Shown: piece after piece, positions 1 through 8,199 of the stretch
Numbering within the stretch: position 1 is the first letter of the stretch
How the letters are laid out: each line of letters starts with the position of its first letter
Assembly: GCA_039715015.1 (NCBI GenBank)
Contig: JBDLIE010000033.1
Span: 1-27,662 of the forward strand
DNA from: Thermodesulfobacteriota bacterium
GTDB taxonomy: Bacteria; Desulfobacterota; Desulfobulbia; Desulfobulbales; SURF-16
Reading direction: 5' to 3'
DNA: 27,662 bases
Notes under the pieces: model-generated
Seen by the model: only the letters and a program-made list of their open reading frames with translations
Databases searched by the model: none
What the model was told of the DNA's origin: nothing
Program-made: the position numbers and the translations under genes

Positions 1-23
1 AGGTGATCGCGGAGGTGCCATGA
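1..23 (+). CDS. 3' end of upstream gene (...VIAEVP*), possibly holo-ACP synthase (partial)
   Basis: Frame from nt 3 reads GTG ATC GCG GAG GTG CCA TGA. The stop overlaps the nnr ATG (ATGA coupling). VIAE resembles AcpS C-termini and acpS-nnr is a common gene pair, but only 6 codons are visible. Confidence 0.35.
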
Positions 24-1561
24 GAATATGTTCAGCTGACCAGATGCGTTTTCTAGACAAAACAACCATAGATGAGAATATTGTCCCTGGCCTAGAGCTC
101 ATGGAGAACGCCGGTAAAGGGACCGTTGACCTCATGCGTGAGTATTATGGTGATTGTAAGGCGCAGCGGGTTGCTATCTTTGCCGGGCCCGGTAATAACG
201 GCGGCGATGGTTTTGTTATGGCCCGCCATCTCAATGACCTTGGTGCCGAGGTCAGTGTGTATCTTCTGGTGAGGCCTGAAAAAATTAACGGTGATGCCGC
301 CGTTAATTTTAAGCTCCTTGAGGAAGGTGTCACCATCATATCCCTTCTTGACGAAGTGGAGGTCCGTGGCCTGTCTCTCCAATATGATATTATCGTCGAT
401 GCTCTTCTGGGAACCGGCTTGACCAGGCAGGTGAGTGGTGTTTTTGCCCAGGTTGTGGAACTCATTAATAGGACAAACGTACCTGTGATTGCCGTGGATA
501 TTCCGTCCGGCCTGGATGCTGACAGCGGTGTTTTTTGGGGCTGCTGTGTGCGGGCAGACCTTACTGTCACCTACGGGTTGGCAAAATCCGGACTTGTTCA
601 GTACCCAGGGGCTGATTGTGTCGGCCATCTTGAGGTTGTTGATATTGGCATCCCGGCATCAGTAGTCGATGCTGCTGAGATTAAGAGTTTCTATCTTTTG
701 GATGAGCTGGCTGCCGGTTTCTTGCCGCAACGAGAAAATATGGGGCACAAGGGCAGTCATGGTCATGTTCTTATCCTGGCAGGTTCAAGGGGTAAGACAG
801 GTGCGGCTGTCTTGGCCAGTGAGGGAGCATTACGGAGTGGAGCAGGGTTGGTCTCACTTTGTGTGCCCGAGAAGCTGAATCATATCTTTGAGGTCCATTG
901 TCTGGAGGCCATGACAATTCCTGTGGCTGGTTTGGATGGCTACGCCCTGGCAAACAGTGACTATCAGGAGGTTGTTAAGGCTGCTACGGGCAAGAGATGT
1001 CTGATGATAGGCCCGGGGCTCGGTGCTGCCCCCGAAACAGCCGCTCTAGTAAATCAGCTGGTGAGAAGTTGTAACCAGCCCCTGGTCCTTGATGCTGATG
1101 CGTTAAATGGTCTTGATCTTGAAAGTCTTGCTGTAAGTGGGGATGATCGTGTTCGTATCATTACTCCTCATCCTGGTGAAATGGCAAAATTAACCGGCCT
1201 GACCTCAGCTGAGGTCCAAAAGAATCGTTTGCAGGTTGCTGGTGATTTTGCCAAAGGACATGGCGTCATAGTTGTGCTTAAAGGGGCAGCCACCGTCATT
1301 GCCGATCCTGAAGGGCGGCTTGCTGTTAATTCCACAGGGAACCATGGTATGGGTACAGGGGGAATGGGGGATGTTCTTGCCGGTCTCATTGCCGGCCTGG
1401 TGGCCCAGAATGTCAAACCCTTTCAGGCCGCTTGTCTGGCCGTTTATGGCCATGGACGGAGCGGCGATATTCTAGCTGAAACAGGTCCCTATGGCTATCT
1501 CGCCTCTGAGCTTGCCACTGTGGTTCCGCAGGTATGGGCAGAGTTACAATTGGTTCGGTAG
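20..1561 (+). CDS. nnr: Bifunctional NAD(P)H-hydrate epimerase/dehydratase (YjeF/Nnr)
   Basis: Epimerase motifs LMENAG, GPGNNGGDG, VDALLGTG, AVDIPSG. Dehydratase motifs HKGSHG, GAGLV, VLDADAL, TPHPGE, VLKG, GGMGDVLAG. GGAGG RBS at 11-15. Confidence 0.96.
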   Translation: MRICSADQMRFLDKTTIDENIVPGLELMENAGKGTVDLMREYYGDCKAQRVAIFAGPGNNGGDGFVMARHLNDLGAEVSVYLLVRPEKINGDAAVNFKLLEEGVTIISLLDEVEVRGLSLQYDIIVDALLGTGLTRQVSGVFAQVVELINRTNVPVIAVDIPSGLDADSGVFWGCCVRADLTVTYGLAKSGLVQYPGADCVGHLEVVDIGIPASVVDAAEIKSFYLLDELAAGFLPQRENMGHKGSHGHVLILAGSRGKTGAAVLASEGALRSGAGLVSLCVPEKLNHIFEVHCLEAMTIPVAGLDGYALANSDYQEVVKAATGKRCLMIGPGLGAAPETAALVNQLVRSCNQPLVLDADALNGLDLESLAVSGDDRVRIITPHPGEMAKLTGLTSAEVQKNRLQVAGDFAKGHGVIVVLKGAATVIADPEGRLAVNSTGNHGMGTGGMGDVLAGLIAGLVAQNVKPFQAACLAVYGHGRSGDILAETGPYGYLASELATVVPQVWAELQLVR

Positions 1562-1573
1562 AAAAAGGTCTTT

Positions 1574-3463
1574 TTATTGGCAAATCAATTCAACTTTTAC
1601 CAAGCCTCTGACTGAGTTGCCCAGATAGAGATTGTTGCTTGCATCTTCCAGGTCTTCTTGGAAAAGGATCCTCTCTTTTACCTGCTCTGGAAAGCTGGTA
1701 AGGAGATGCTCCCTGAACACACCTGGAAGGAGTCCGGAGCTCACCGGCGGTGTGTAAAAAATTCCCTCTTTTTCAAGAAATAAATTTGTGATTGCCCCTT
1801 CACAGATTTCCCCCCGTTCATTTTTTATAATAACATCAAAAAAACCTGTTTCCTGCGCCTCTTGCCAAAGACGGTCATAGGTCTGGCGGTTGGTGGTTTT
1901 GTGGTAGAGAAAGATGTCGCTAGAGCTGGTGCACTCAGGGGCCAGGTACGTTTTAGGTAATGAATCCTTGTTTGGCGCTGGCGGCAGACCGAGATTTTTC
2001 GGAGTCTGGCAAGGGCTGTGAGAAAAGGAAAGAGCCCCTGTGCTATCAAGCAACAGGCGTACTCTGACTGATTCTTTGATATGGTCGGCCTGATATCTGT
2101 CAAGGGCAGATCGCACCTCATTTTTGTCTAATGGATAACCGAAATAACGAGCTGAGGCCCACAGTCTGTCCAGGTGTTGGTCAAGGAGCCAATAGCCTTT
2201 TTCTGGGGTCCAGAGCATGGTCTCGATGAGCTGAAAATCTTGACGAGGTTTGCTCAGAAAATGGGCCTTTAACTGGCACTCTTGCCATTCTTTTTCTGGA
2301 TTTGAATCAGCAACAATCCCTGAGCCTATCCCCATTTCTCCGGCGTTGCCATCAAGGACTACGGTGCGAATGGGCACGTTGAAAAGGGCGTCGCCATTGG
2401 GGGCTAGATAGCCTATGGCGCCGGTATAGACTCCCCGGCGCGCTGCTTCCAGTTCATGGATAATCTCCATGGTTCGTATTTTAGGGGCGCCGGTTACTGA
2501 TCCACAGGGAAAGAGGGCCTTGAAGAGTTGGTCAAGGGGAAGATTAGCAGCTGTCTTGCTGGTGATGGTGGAGGTCATCTGTAACAACGATTCATAGGTC
2601 TCGACATCAAAGAGGGATTTGACCTCAACTGATCCCAACTCTGCCAGTCTGCCCAGGTCGTTGCGGAGCAGATCTACAATCATGACATTCTCAGCCCTGT
2701 TTTTTTCATCGTTTTGCAGGCGAGAGGCAAACTCCTTATCCTCAAGCAAATTTTTGCCGCGTGAGCTGGTACCCTTCATAGGGCGCACTGTGCACATCTC
2801 ATTTTTTTTAGAGAAGAAAAGCTCTGGAGAAAAGGACATGATGCGCTGGGCATTATGTTTGAGATAGGCACTGTAGCTCACTAACTGGTTACGGCGAAGC
2901 TGGAGATAAAGCTCGTCAGCAGAGCCATGAAGATCAAAAAGAAGCTTTAACGTGTAGTTGACCTGGTAAGTGTCGCCAGCAGCTATATATGCTTTTATTT
3001 TGGCGATATTTTTTTCGTAGGATTCTTGGCTCTGGCTCAGGCGAATATTGTCAACCTGGCAGGAGTCTAGAGGCATCTGGCCTGCTGGTATGTGGTCGTG
3101 GCTCCACGTCCCTTGTTGATGATCATAGGAACAAGGAGAATGGTAAACACCAAGATCAGCTAGAACAATATCATGAGCCGGAAGGAGGTGGCTGAGACGT
3201 GGCTCAAGACCCAGGCCGAATTCATAACTAAACCAGCCTGCCAGATAGAAACCACGTTGGAGCATTTCCTGGCATTTTTCGAGGAATTCAGCCGGGGTGC
3301 TGCCTCCAGCGCATTGGAGGCGATCCACGGGATTGTGAAAAAGATGGCTCCTGAAGTTGTCTGCAGTAATCTTTGCTGTCTCCAGGAAGACAAAGTCACC
3401 CTCTAAACCAGCCAGAAGCGCGGTTATTTGGTCTAAGGAAAAAGGTTGGGGGTGGTGGCTCAT
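1574..3463 (-). CDS. pabB: Fused aminodeoxychorismate synthase component I / 4-amino-4-deoxychorismate lyase (PabB-PabC)
   Basis: Chorismate-binding motifs GDTYQVN, SPELF, RPMKGT, KNRAENVMIVDLLRNDLG, FPCGSVTGAPK, NVPIRT. C-terminal class IV aminotransferase-like domain (HLDRL, HKTTNR, EGAITNLF, GLLPGVFR). Confidence 0.93.
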   Translation of the reverse strand: MSHHPQPFSLDQITALLAGLEGDFVFLETAKITADNFRSHLFHNPVDRLQCAGGSTPAEFLEKCQEMLQRGFYLAGWFSYEFGLGLEPRLSHLLPAHDIVLADLGVYHSPCSYDHQQGTWSHDHIPAGQMPLDSCQVDNIRLSQSQESYEKNIAKIKAYIAAGDTYQVNYTLKLLFDLHGSADELYLQLRRNQLVSYSAYLKHNAQRIMSFSPELFFSKKNEMCTVRPMKGTSSRGKNLLEDKEFASRLQNDEKNRAENVMIVDLLRNDLGRLAELGSVEVKSLFDVETYESLLQMTSTITSKTAANLPLDQLFKALFPCGSVTGAPKIRTMEIIHELEAARRGVYTGAIGYLAPNGDALFNVPIRTVVLDGNAGEMGIGSGIVADSNPEKEWQECQLKAHFLSKPRQDFQLIETMLWTPEKGYWLLDQHLDRLWASARYFGYPLDKNEVRSALDRYQADHIKESVRVRLLLDSTGALSFSHSPCQTPKNLGLPPAPNKDSLPKTYLAPECTSSSDIFLYHKTTNRQTYDRLWQEAQETGFFDVIIKNERGEICEGAITNLFLEKEGIFYTPPVSSGLLPGVFREHLLTSFPEQVKERILFQEDLEDASNNLYLGNSVRGLVKVELICQ

Positions 3464-3943
3464 GGTGATGGAGAAAGAGTGTCAGAGGCAGTGGAATGGA
3501 TAATGGCGAGGGGTGTAAGATTGTTTGGGTGCAAATAAAAGCAAGGAGTCATGTGTCCTTTGGGCGACAATCTACACATGGAATACCAAAAAAGCAAATA
3601 ATGCCAGGCTCTCAGCATGAGAGACAAAGACAGCGAAATAGCGGTGTTTTTTTTAAATCTCATCTCGGTTATGGCCGTCATCATATTAATAGTCTGTTAT
3701 AATAGAAATTGAGTGAGAGATAAAAAGATTTATCGTGGAGTTCTTTGCAAGAAATGATAAGATGGGTAGGTAGAAATACTTACAAAATCATCCTGTCAAC
3801 AATGTTGCGAGAATGGCAGGAATATTTTATAAGAACATTGAAGAAAAACCATAGTGATTTGCAAGCTTAAGGGCATGCCCCTTATTTAATATTTGAAAGA
3901 TATTTTTTGTGAATGAACAGTCTCACAGGGAGGAGAAATTAAT

Positions 3944-4612
3944 ATGTTGATTCAAGATTGGATGGCGAAGGATGTGTTAACCGTTGATGAGAATACCTCT
4001 CTTATGCGCGCCACCCGGATAATGAAAGAAAATTCCATCCGTCGTTTGCCTGTTGTTTCCCATGGCAAGCTGATTGGTATGGTTACTGATCGTGATGTTA
4101 AAGATGCCTCTCCTTCCAAAACCACCTCTTTAGATGTTCATGAGTTGTATTATCTTCTGAGCGAGATGAAGGTTAAAGAGGTAATGACTCCTGATCCCAT
4201 TATCCTGAATGGCTTCGACTCCCTGGAAAAAGCTGCTGTTGTTATGCTGGAGAAAAAGATTTCCGGGCTGCCAGTGGTTAATGGTGACGGTCACATCGAA
4301 GGCCTGGTCAGTGAAACTGACGTACTGCGCGGTTTTATTCATTCTACTGGAATTAAGGACGGCGCCATTCAGTACGTTTTGGATCTTGAGGATGTTCCTG
4401 GCTCCGTGACTAAGGTTGTCCAGACCTTGCGGGACCATCATGCCCGGGTAATCAGTGTTTTAACCTCCTTTGAGGATGCGGGCGATGGTCTTAAAAGGGT
4501 GGCTATCAGGGTAATCGCCTTAGAGGGCTGTGATTGTGAAGATCTTACCAGCGAACTCAAGAAGGAATTCACCGTTGTATATCATGGTATGGATGAGTTG
4601 CAAGAAGATTAG
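3944..4612 (+). CDS. CBS-pair + ACT domain protein (AcuB-like)
   Basis: Two CBS domains (IRRLPVV...GMVTDRD; ISGLPVV...GLVSETD) and a C-terminal ACT-like domain (DVPGSV). GGAGGAG RBS upstream. Confidence 0.9.
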   Translation: MLIQDWMAKDVLTVDENTSLMRATRIMKENSIRRLPVVSHGKLIGMVTDRDVKDASPSKTTSLDVHELYYLLSEMKVKEVMTPDPIILNGFDSLEKAAVVMLEKKISGLPVVNGDGHIEGLVSETDVLRGFIHSTGIKDGAIQYVLDLEDVPGSVTKVVQTLRDHHARVISVLTSFEDAGDGLKRVAIRVIALEGCDCEDLTSELKKEFTVVYHGMDELQED

Positions 4613-4633
4613 AAAAGTTCTTCATGCTAGCTT

Positions 4634-4679
4634 GCATTAAAAAACCCCAGGCCCTTCAGGGCCTGGGGTTTTTTAATGC
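4634..4679. terminator. Bidirectional intrinsic terminator between convergent CBS-ACT and PBP1A genes
   Basis: Perfect 21-bp inverted repeat GCATTAAAAAACCCCAGGCCC-TTCA-GGGCCTGGGGTTTTTTAATGC, with T-tracts on both strands. Confidence 0.92.
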
Positions 4680-6709
4680 TATTTGAAGGCCAAGGCGTCG
4701 GGTGGTCCTTTATGGTTCATTTGTGTTTCGATGTCACTGGTCCAGAAGGGCAGCCAGCGCGCTTTATTCCGAATGTCAGGATCATAGACGCCTGTGTTGC
4801 GATTGGTTGGTAAAAAGGTGATTCCTTTTGGAATCTGAAATCTTTCCGCCTTCATGCCAGCCATAGCCTTCTTCATAAAATCAAGCCAAACAGGGGCGCA
4901 GGTCTTGCCCCCGGTTTCTCTTTTCCCCAAGGTTTTTTTAAGATCAAAGCCCATCCAGACACCCGTTACCAGGCTTGGGGTGTAGCCGATAAACCAGGCA
5001 TCCATATTCTGATCAGCGGTTCCTGTTTTGCCAGCAGACTCCCCGCGCAGTCCCCAGGCATTTTTGCCGGTTCCGTGGCTAATGACTTCTTGCAGCAGCC
5101 TGGTAACCTGATAGGCAGCCCGTTCATCAATGGCCTTGTTTTGGCGAGGGATATTGTTCTCCAGAACCCTGCCGTACGGGTCGAGGATACGGTCAATAAG
5201 AATAGGGCGGCAGAACCTCCCTTGATTGGCAAAAGCTGTGTAGGCTGAAGTGAGTTCTAATAAAGAAAGCTCAGAGGCGCCAAGAGCTAAGGAGAGGTTG
5301 GGGTGAAGGCTTGACTTAATCCCCACCTTACGGGCCAGGAAAATAACATTCTGGATGCCTATTTCCTCAAGAAGCTTAATGGTAACAATATTTCGAGATT
5401 TGATCAGAGCCGTGCACAGGGTGGTTGGTCCGTAAGATTTCCCTGAAAAGTTCTTAGGCTGCCAGAGAACACCATCCCGATGGCCTGGAAGGTTGAGAGG
5501 CTCGTCAACCATGACAGAGGCCGGACTAAAACCAGAGCTAAAGGCCTGGGCATAGACCAAAGGTTTAAAGGCAGACCCTGGCTGTCTTTTGGCCTGACTT
5601 GCCCGGTTAAACTGGCTTTTGGTGAAATTCACTCCACCGGTAAGAGCTCGAACCTTACCGGTTTTGCTTTCCATAGCCACCAAAGCGCCTTGCGGGGCGA
5701 TGCGCCTGCCTCGACCACTGCGCAGAGCCCATGAGGCGATGCCCTTTTCTATAGATTGAGCTGCCTGTTTCTGGAAGGTTAGGTCCAGGGTCGTTTCAAT
5801 ACTCATGCCCCCCTCATAGAGCATTTCGCGGCCGTAGCGCTTGGTTATGTCATTGCGGACGAATTGAAGAAAGTAGAGAGCTTCTGGATAGTTTCTGTGG
5901 CGCGGCGCCCAGAGAAGGGGCTGTTTAAAAGCCTTGTTGGCGGCCGAGGAGCTGATGAAACCTTCATCGGCCATCCGGTTAAGAACATAGCCCTGTCTTT
6001 TTTTTGCGGCTGCAAAATTGTGGAAAGGAGAGTAGCGGCTTGGTGCCTGGGGAAGACCGGCAATAATGGCGATTTCCGCAAGGCCCAGCTCGGCACTCTT
6101 TTTGCCGAAATAGGTGTAGGCGGCAGCTTCTACGCCGTAGGATTTTTCGCCTAGATAGATCTGGTTGAGATAAATATGGAGCACTTCTTTTTTGGTAAGA
6201 ACCTGATCGATGCGATAGGCGAGAATCGCCTCTTTGAGCTTGCGAATATAGGTTTTTTCTCTGGTAAGTAGGAGGGCACGGGCCACCTGCTGGGTAATTG
6301 TTGAACCACCCTGGCTTTTACCGCCGGACCGAAGGTTGTTGATAGCCGCCCTGGCGATGGACCAGGCATCCACTCCAGGATGTTCGAAAAAACGCGCATC
6401 TTCTGCTGCAATAAAGGCCTTGGGAAGAAGGTCAGGCATGTCGGTAAGGGGAGTGACAATTCTATTTTCCGTATAGACCCGATCAACAATCCGGCCATAT
6501 CTATCCTTAATAAGGGTGGTTTGTTTAGGGTGGTAGCGCGTCAGAGAGTTAATGTCAGGTATGTTTAGGGTAACAAAAAGAAAAAGCAGGACGGTGATAA
6601 AACAGGTGAGAAGAAACGCCGTAGACAGCAAAAATATGCTGAGATGGATATGATTCCAATACCAGATACGAGGGCGTGATGGGGGAGAAGGTGACCGACG
6701 AAAAAACAT
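4679..6709 (-). CDS. Class A penicillin-binding protein (PBP1A family)
   Basis: N-terminal TM helix. Transglycosylase motifs EDARFFEHPGVD, GGSTITQQ, RKLKE, YLNQIYLG. Transpeptidase motifs SAFK, SRN, KTG. Confidence 0.95.
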   Translation of the reverse strand: MFFRRSPSPPSRPRIWYWNHIHLSIFLLSTAFLLTCFITVLLFLFVTLNIPDINSLTRYHPKQTTLIKDRYGRIVDRVYTENRIVTPLTDMPDLLPKAFIAAEDARFFEHPGVDAWSIARAAINNLRSGGKSQGGSTITQQVARALLLTREKTYIRKLKEAILAYRIDQVLTKKEVLHIYLNQIYLGEKSYGVEAAAYTYFGKKSAELGLAEIAIIAGLPQAPSRYSPFHNFAAAKKRQGYVLNRMADEGFISSSAANKAFKQPLLWAPRHRNYPEALYFLQFVRNDITKRYGREMLYEGGMSIETTLDLTFQKQAAQSIEKGIASWALRSGRGRRIAPQGALVAMESKTGKVRALTGGVNFTKSQFNRASQAKRQPGSAFKPLVYAQAFSSGFSPASVMVDEPLNLPGHRDGVLWQPKNFSGKSYGPTTLCTALIKSRNIVTIKLLEEIGIQNVIFLARKVGIKSSLHPNLSLALGASELSLLELTSAYTAFANQGRFCRPILIDRILDPYGRVLENNIPRQNKAIDERAAYQVTRLLQEVISHGTGKNAWGLRGESAGKTGTADQNMDAWFIGYTPSLVTGVWMGFDLKKTLGKRETGGKTCAPVWLDFMKKAMAGMKAERFQIPKGITFLPTNRNTGVYDPDIRNKARWLPFWTSDIETQMNHKGPPDALAFK

Positions 6710-6811
6710 GGATCCAAGTATATCTTGATATCAATAAAAAGTCAGTAGGCAACTCGTGTAATAGATAGGGAGGACGCTGAGAAAGGGAGAAAAATGATTG
6801 AGGAAAAGAAT

Positions 6812-6844
6812 AAAAAAAGGCTGCCTGAAAGAGGCAGCCTTTTT
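6812..6844 (-). terminator. Intrinsic terminator downstream of the cytochrome gene
   Basis: AAAAAAAGGCTGCCT-GAAAG-AGGCAGCCTTTTT hairpin, T7 tract on the minus strand about 35 nt past the cytochrome stop. Confidence 0.85.
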
Positions 6845-6877
6845 GCTATCTAACTTGAAAAAGAAAGCGTCGAGAGA

Positions 6878-7204
6878 TTAACAACCCTCAATGACTTTTT
6901 TCTTCTTAGGATGGCAGGTGTTACACTTGGTGGAAGCACCTTTAGTCTTATGACAAGACTTACAACCCTCTTTATGGGCGTAGTTTTTGTCGGTAGCCAT
7001 CTTCTTTACATCAAGAGCTTTATGGCAGTCGTCACAGGTGAGTTTGCCTGTCTGATGCTTAGCATGGGGAAACTTAGCAGGCTTCTTGCCATCAGCCTTA
7101 AGGGTCATTTCGGCAGGTCCTTTGTCCTGAGCCATGGCGCCACCAGCAAGGGTGAAGCTGAAAAGCATGGTGAAAGCTGCTGCGCAAAGTACTGATTTTT
7201 TCAT
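6878..7204 (-). CDS. Periplasmic triheme cytochrome c (c7/PpcA-like, cytochrome c3 superfamily), 108 aa
   Basis: Start reassigned to ATG 7204 (MKKSVL..., GGAG RBS upstream, Sec signal peptide ending AMA). Three CxxCH motifs (CDDCH, CKSCH, CNTCH) and three distal His (FPHAKH, YAH), as in c7. Confidence 0.9.
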   Translation of the reverse strand: MKKSVLCAAAFTMLFSFTLAGGAMAQDKGPAEMTLKADGKKPAKFPHAKHQTGKLTCDDCHKALDVKKMATDKNYAHKEGCKSCHKTKGASTKCNTCHPKKKKVIEGC

Positions 7205-7263
7205 TTTCTTTTCTCCATTGTTTGTTATGTGAACTGTTAGTAAACACAATATAAAACAGGTAT

Positions 7264-7292
7264 TGATTATTCTGTTCAATGCGGTTTGTCAA
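7264..7292 (-). promoter_or_regulatory. Possible sigma70 promoter for the cytochrome gene
   Basis: Perfect TTGACA (7292-7287). The -10 region (GAATAATCA) is only a partial match. Confidence 0.4.
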
Positions 7293-7362
7293 GTGTTAAG
7301 TAAAGAATTTCTTTGAGAAAAAAGACAAATTTTTTACCAGTTTTCCCGGTGAATCTGAAGGC

Positions 7363-8199
7363 TTAACTTGCGCCGTAACTATGGAGGCCGGAAAGGAGAT
7401 AGTTTACCCCATAATAGGTGAAAACAACGGAGAGAAAACCACCAATGGCCAGCCAGGCAATACGGCTACCATGCCAGCCGCGGGTGAACCGGGCATGGAG
7501 GATGGCTGCATAGAAGAACCAGGTGATCAATGACCAGGTTTCCTTGGGGTCCCAGCTCCAGTAAGTACCCCAGGCTGAGTTGGCCCAGATGGCTCCGGTG
7601 ATAATACCTGCAGAGAGCCAGAGGAAGCCGTACACCATGCTCTTGTGGATAATGTCGTCAATGACTCTGAGATCCGGCAGGGTGGCAAGGAGACCTGTAC
7701 TTTTAGGAGAGTTGCTTTTGATGAGATACATCACAGCAATACCGCAGGCCACGGCAAAGGCGGCATAGCCGATAAAACAGGTGACAACATGGGCGATGAG
7801 CCAGTTGGACTGCAGGGCCGGGATCAAAGGGTTAATCTCCTGATTTACCCAACCAGATGAGGCAAAGGCCATGGCAATAAAGGCAAAAGGCATGGCAAAA
7901 GCGCCCAGGTTCTTGTTCTTAAATTTATACTCTAGGATCAGGTAGAACGAGGCGATGGACCAAGAGAAAAAGACCAGGGACTCGTACATGTTGGTCAGGG
8001 GGGCATGGCCTGCTCCAATCTGATACGACTCATACCAGCGCAGACCTAGGGCTCCTGTCTGGCCAAGAAAGGTGAGAATCGTCAGAATAGTACCGGCCAG
8101 CCCGGCTTTTTTTGATTTAAAAAGAAAGGCGGCCAGGTAGGCGCATGAAGCAAAGAGGTAGCCAAAGGTTGATAAGCTTAAAAGCTGAGAACTGTCCAT
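7363..8199 (-). CDS. ccsA: System II cytochrome c biogenesis protein, WWD-domain subunit (CcsA/ResC; often annotated CcsB)
   Basis: Polytopic membrane protein with WWD motif WANSAWGTYWSWDPKETWS, conserved His (WLIAHV, GLHSY), PALQSNW and PLTNMYES. Confidence 0.95.
   Translation of the reverse strand: MDSSQLLSLSTFGYLFASCAYLAAFLFKSKKAGLAGTILTILTFLGQTGALGLRWYESYQIGAGHAPLTNMYESLVFFSWSIASFYLILEYKFKNKNLGAFAMPFAFIAMAFASSGWVNQEINPLIPALQSNWLIAHVVTCFIGYAAFAVACGIAVMYLIKSNSPKSTGLLATLPDLRVIDDIIHKSMVYGFLWLSAGIITGAIWANSAWGTYWSWDPKETWSLITWFFYAAILHARFTRGWHGSRIAWLAIGGFLSVVFTYYGVNYLLSGLHSYGAS

Noticed and set aside
3460..3702. Short opposing ORFs (74 aa and 68 aa) in the pabB-CBS intergenic region
   Set aside because: No recognisable motifs or convincing RBS, and the composition fits promoter DNA.
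7205..7279. 25-aa N-terminal extension of the cytochrome
   Set aside because: The RBS and signal peptide point to ATG 7204.
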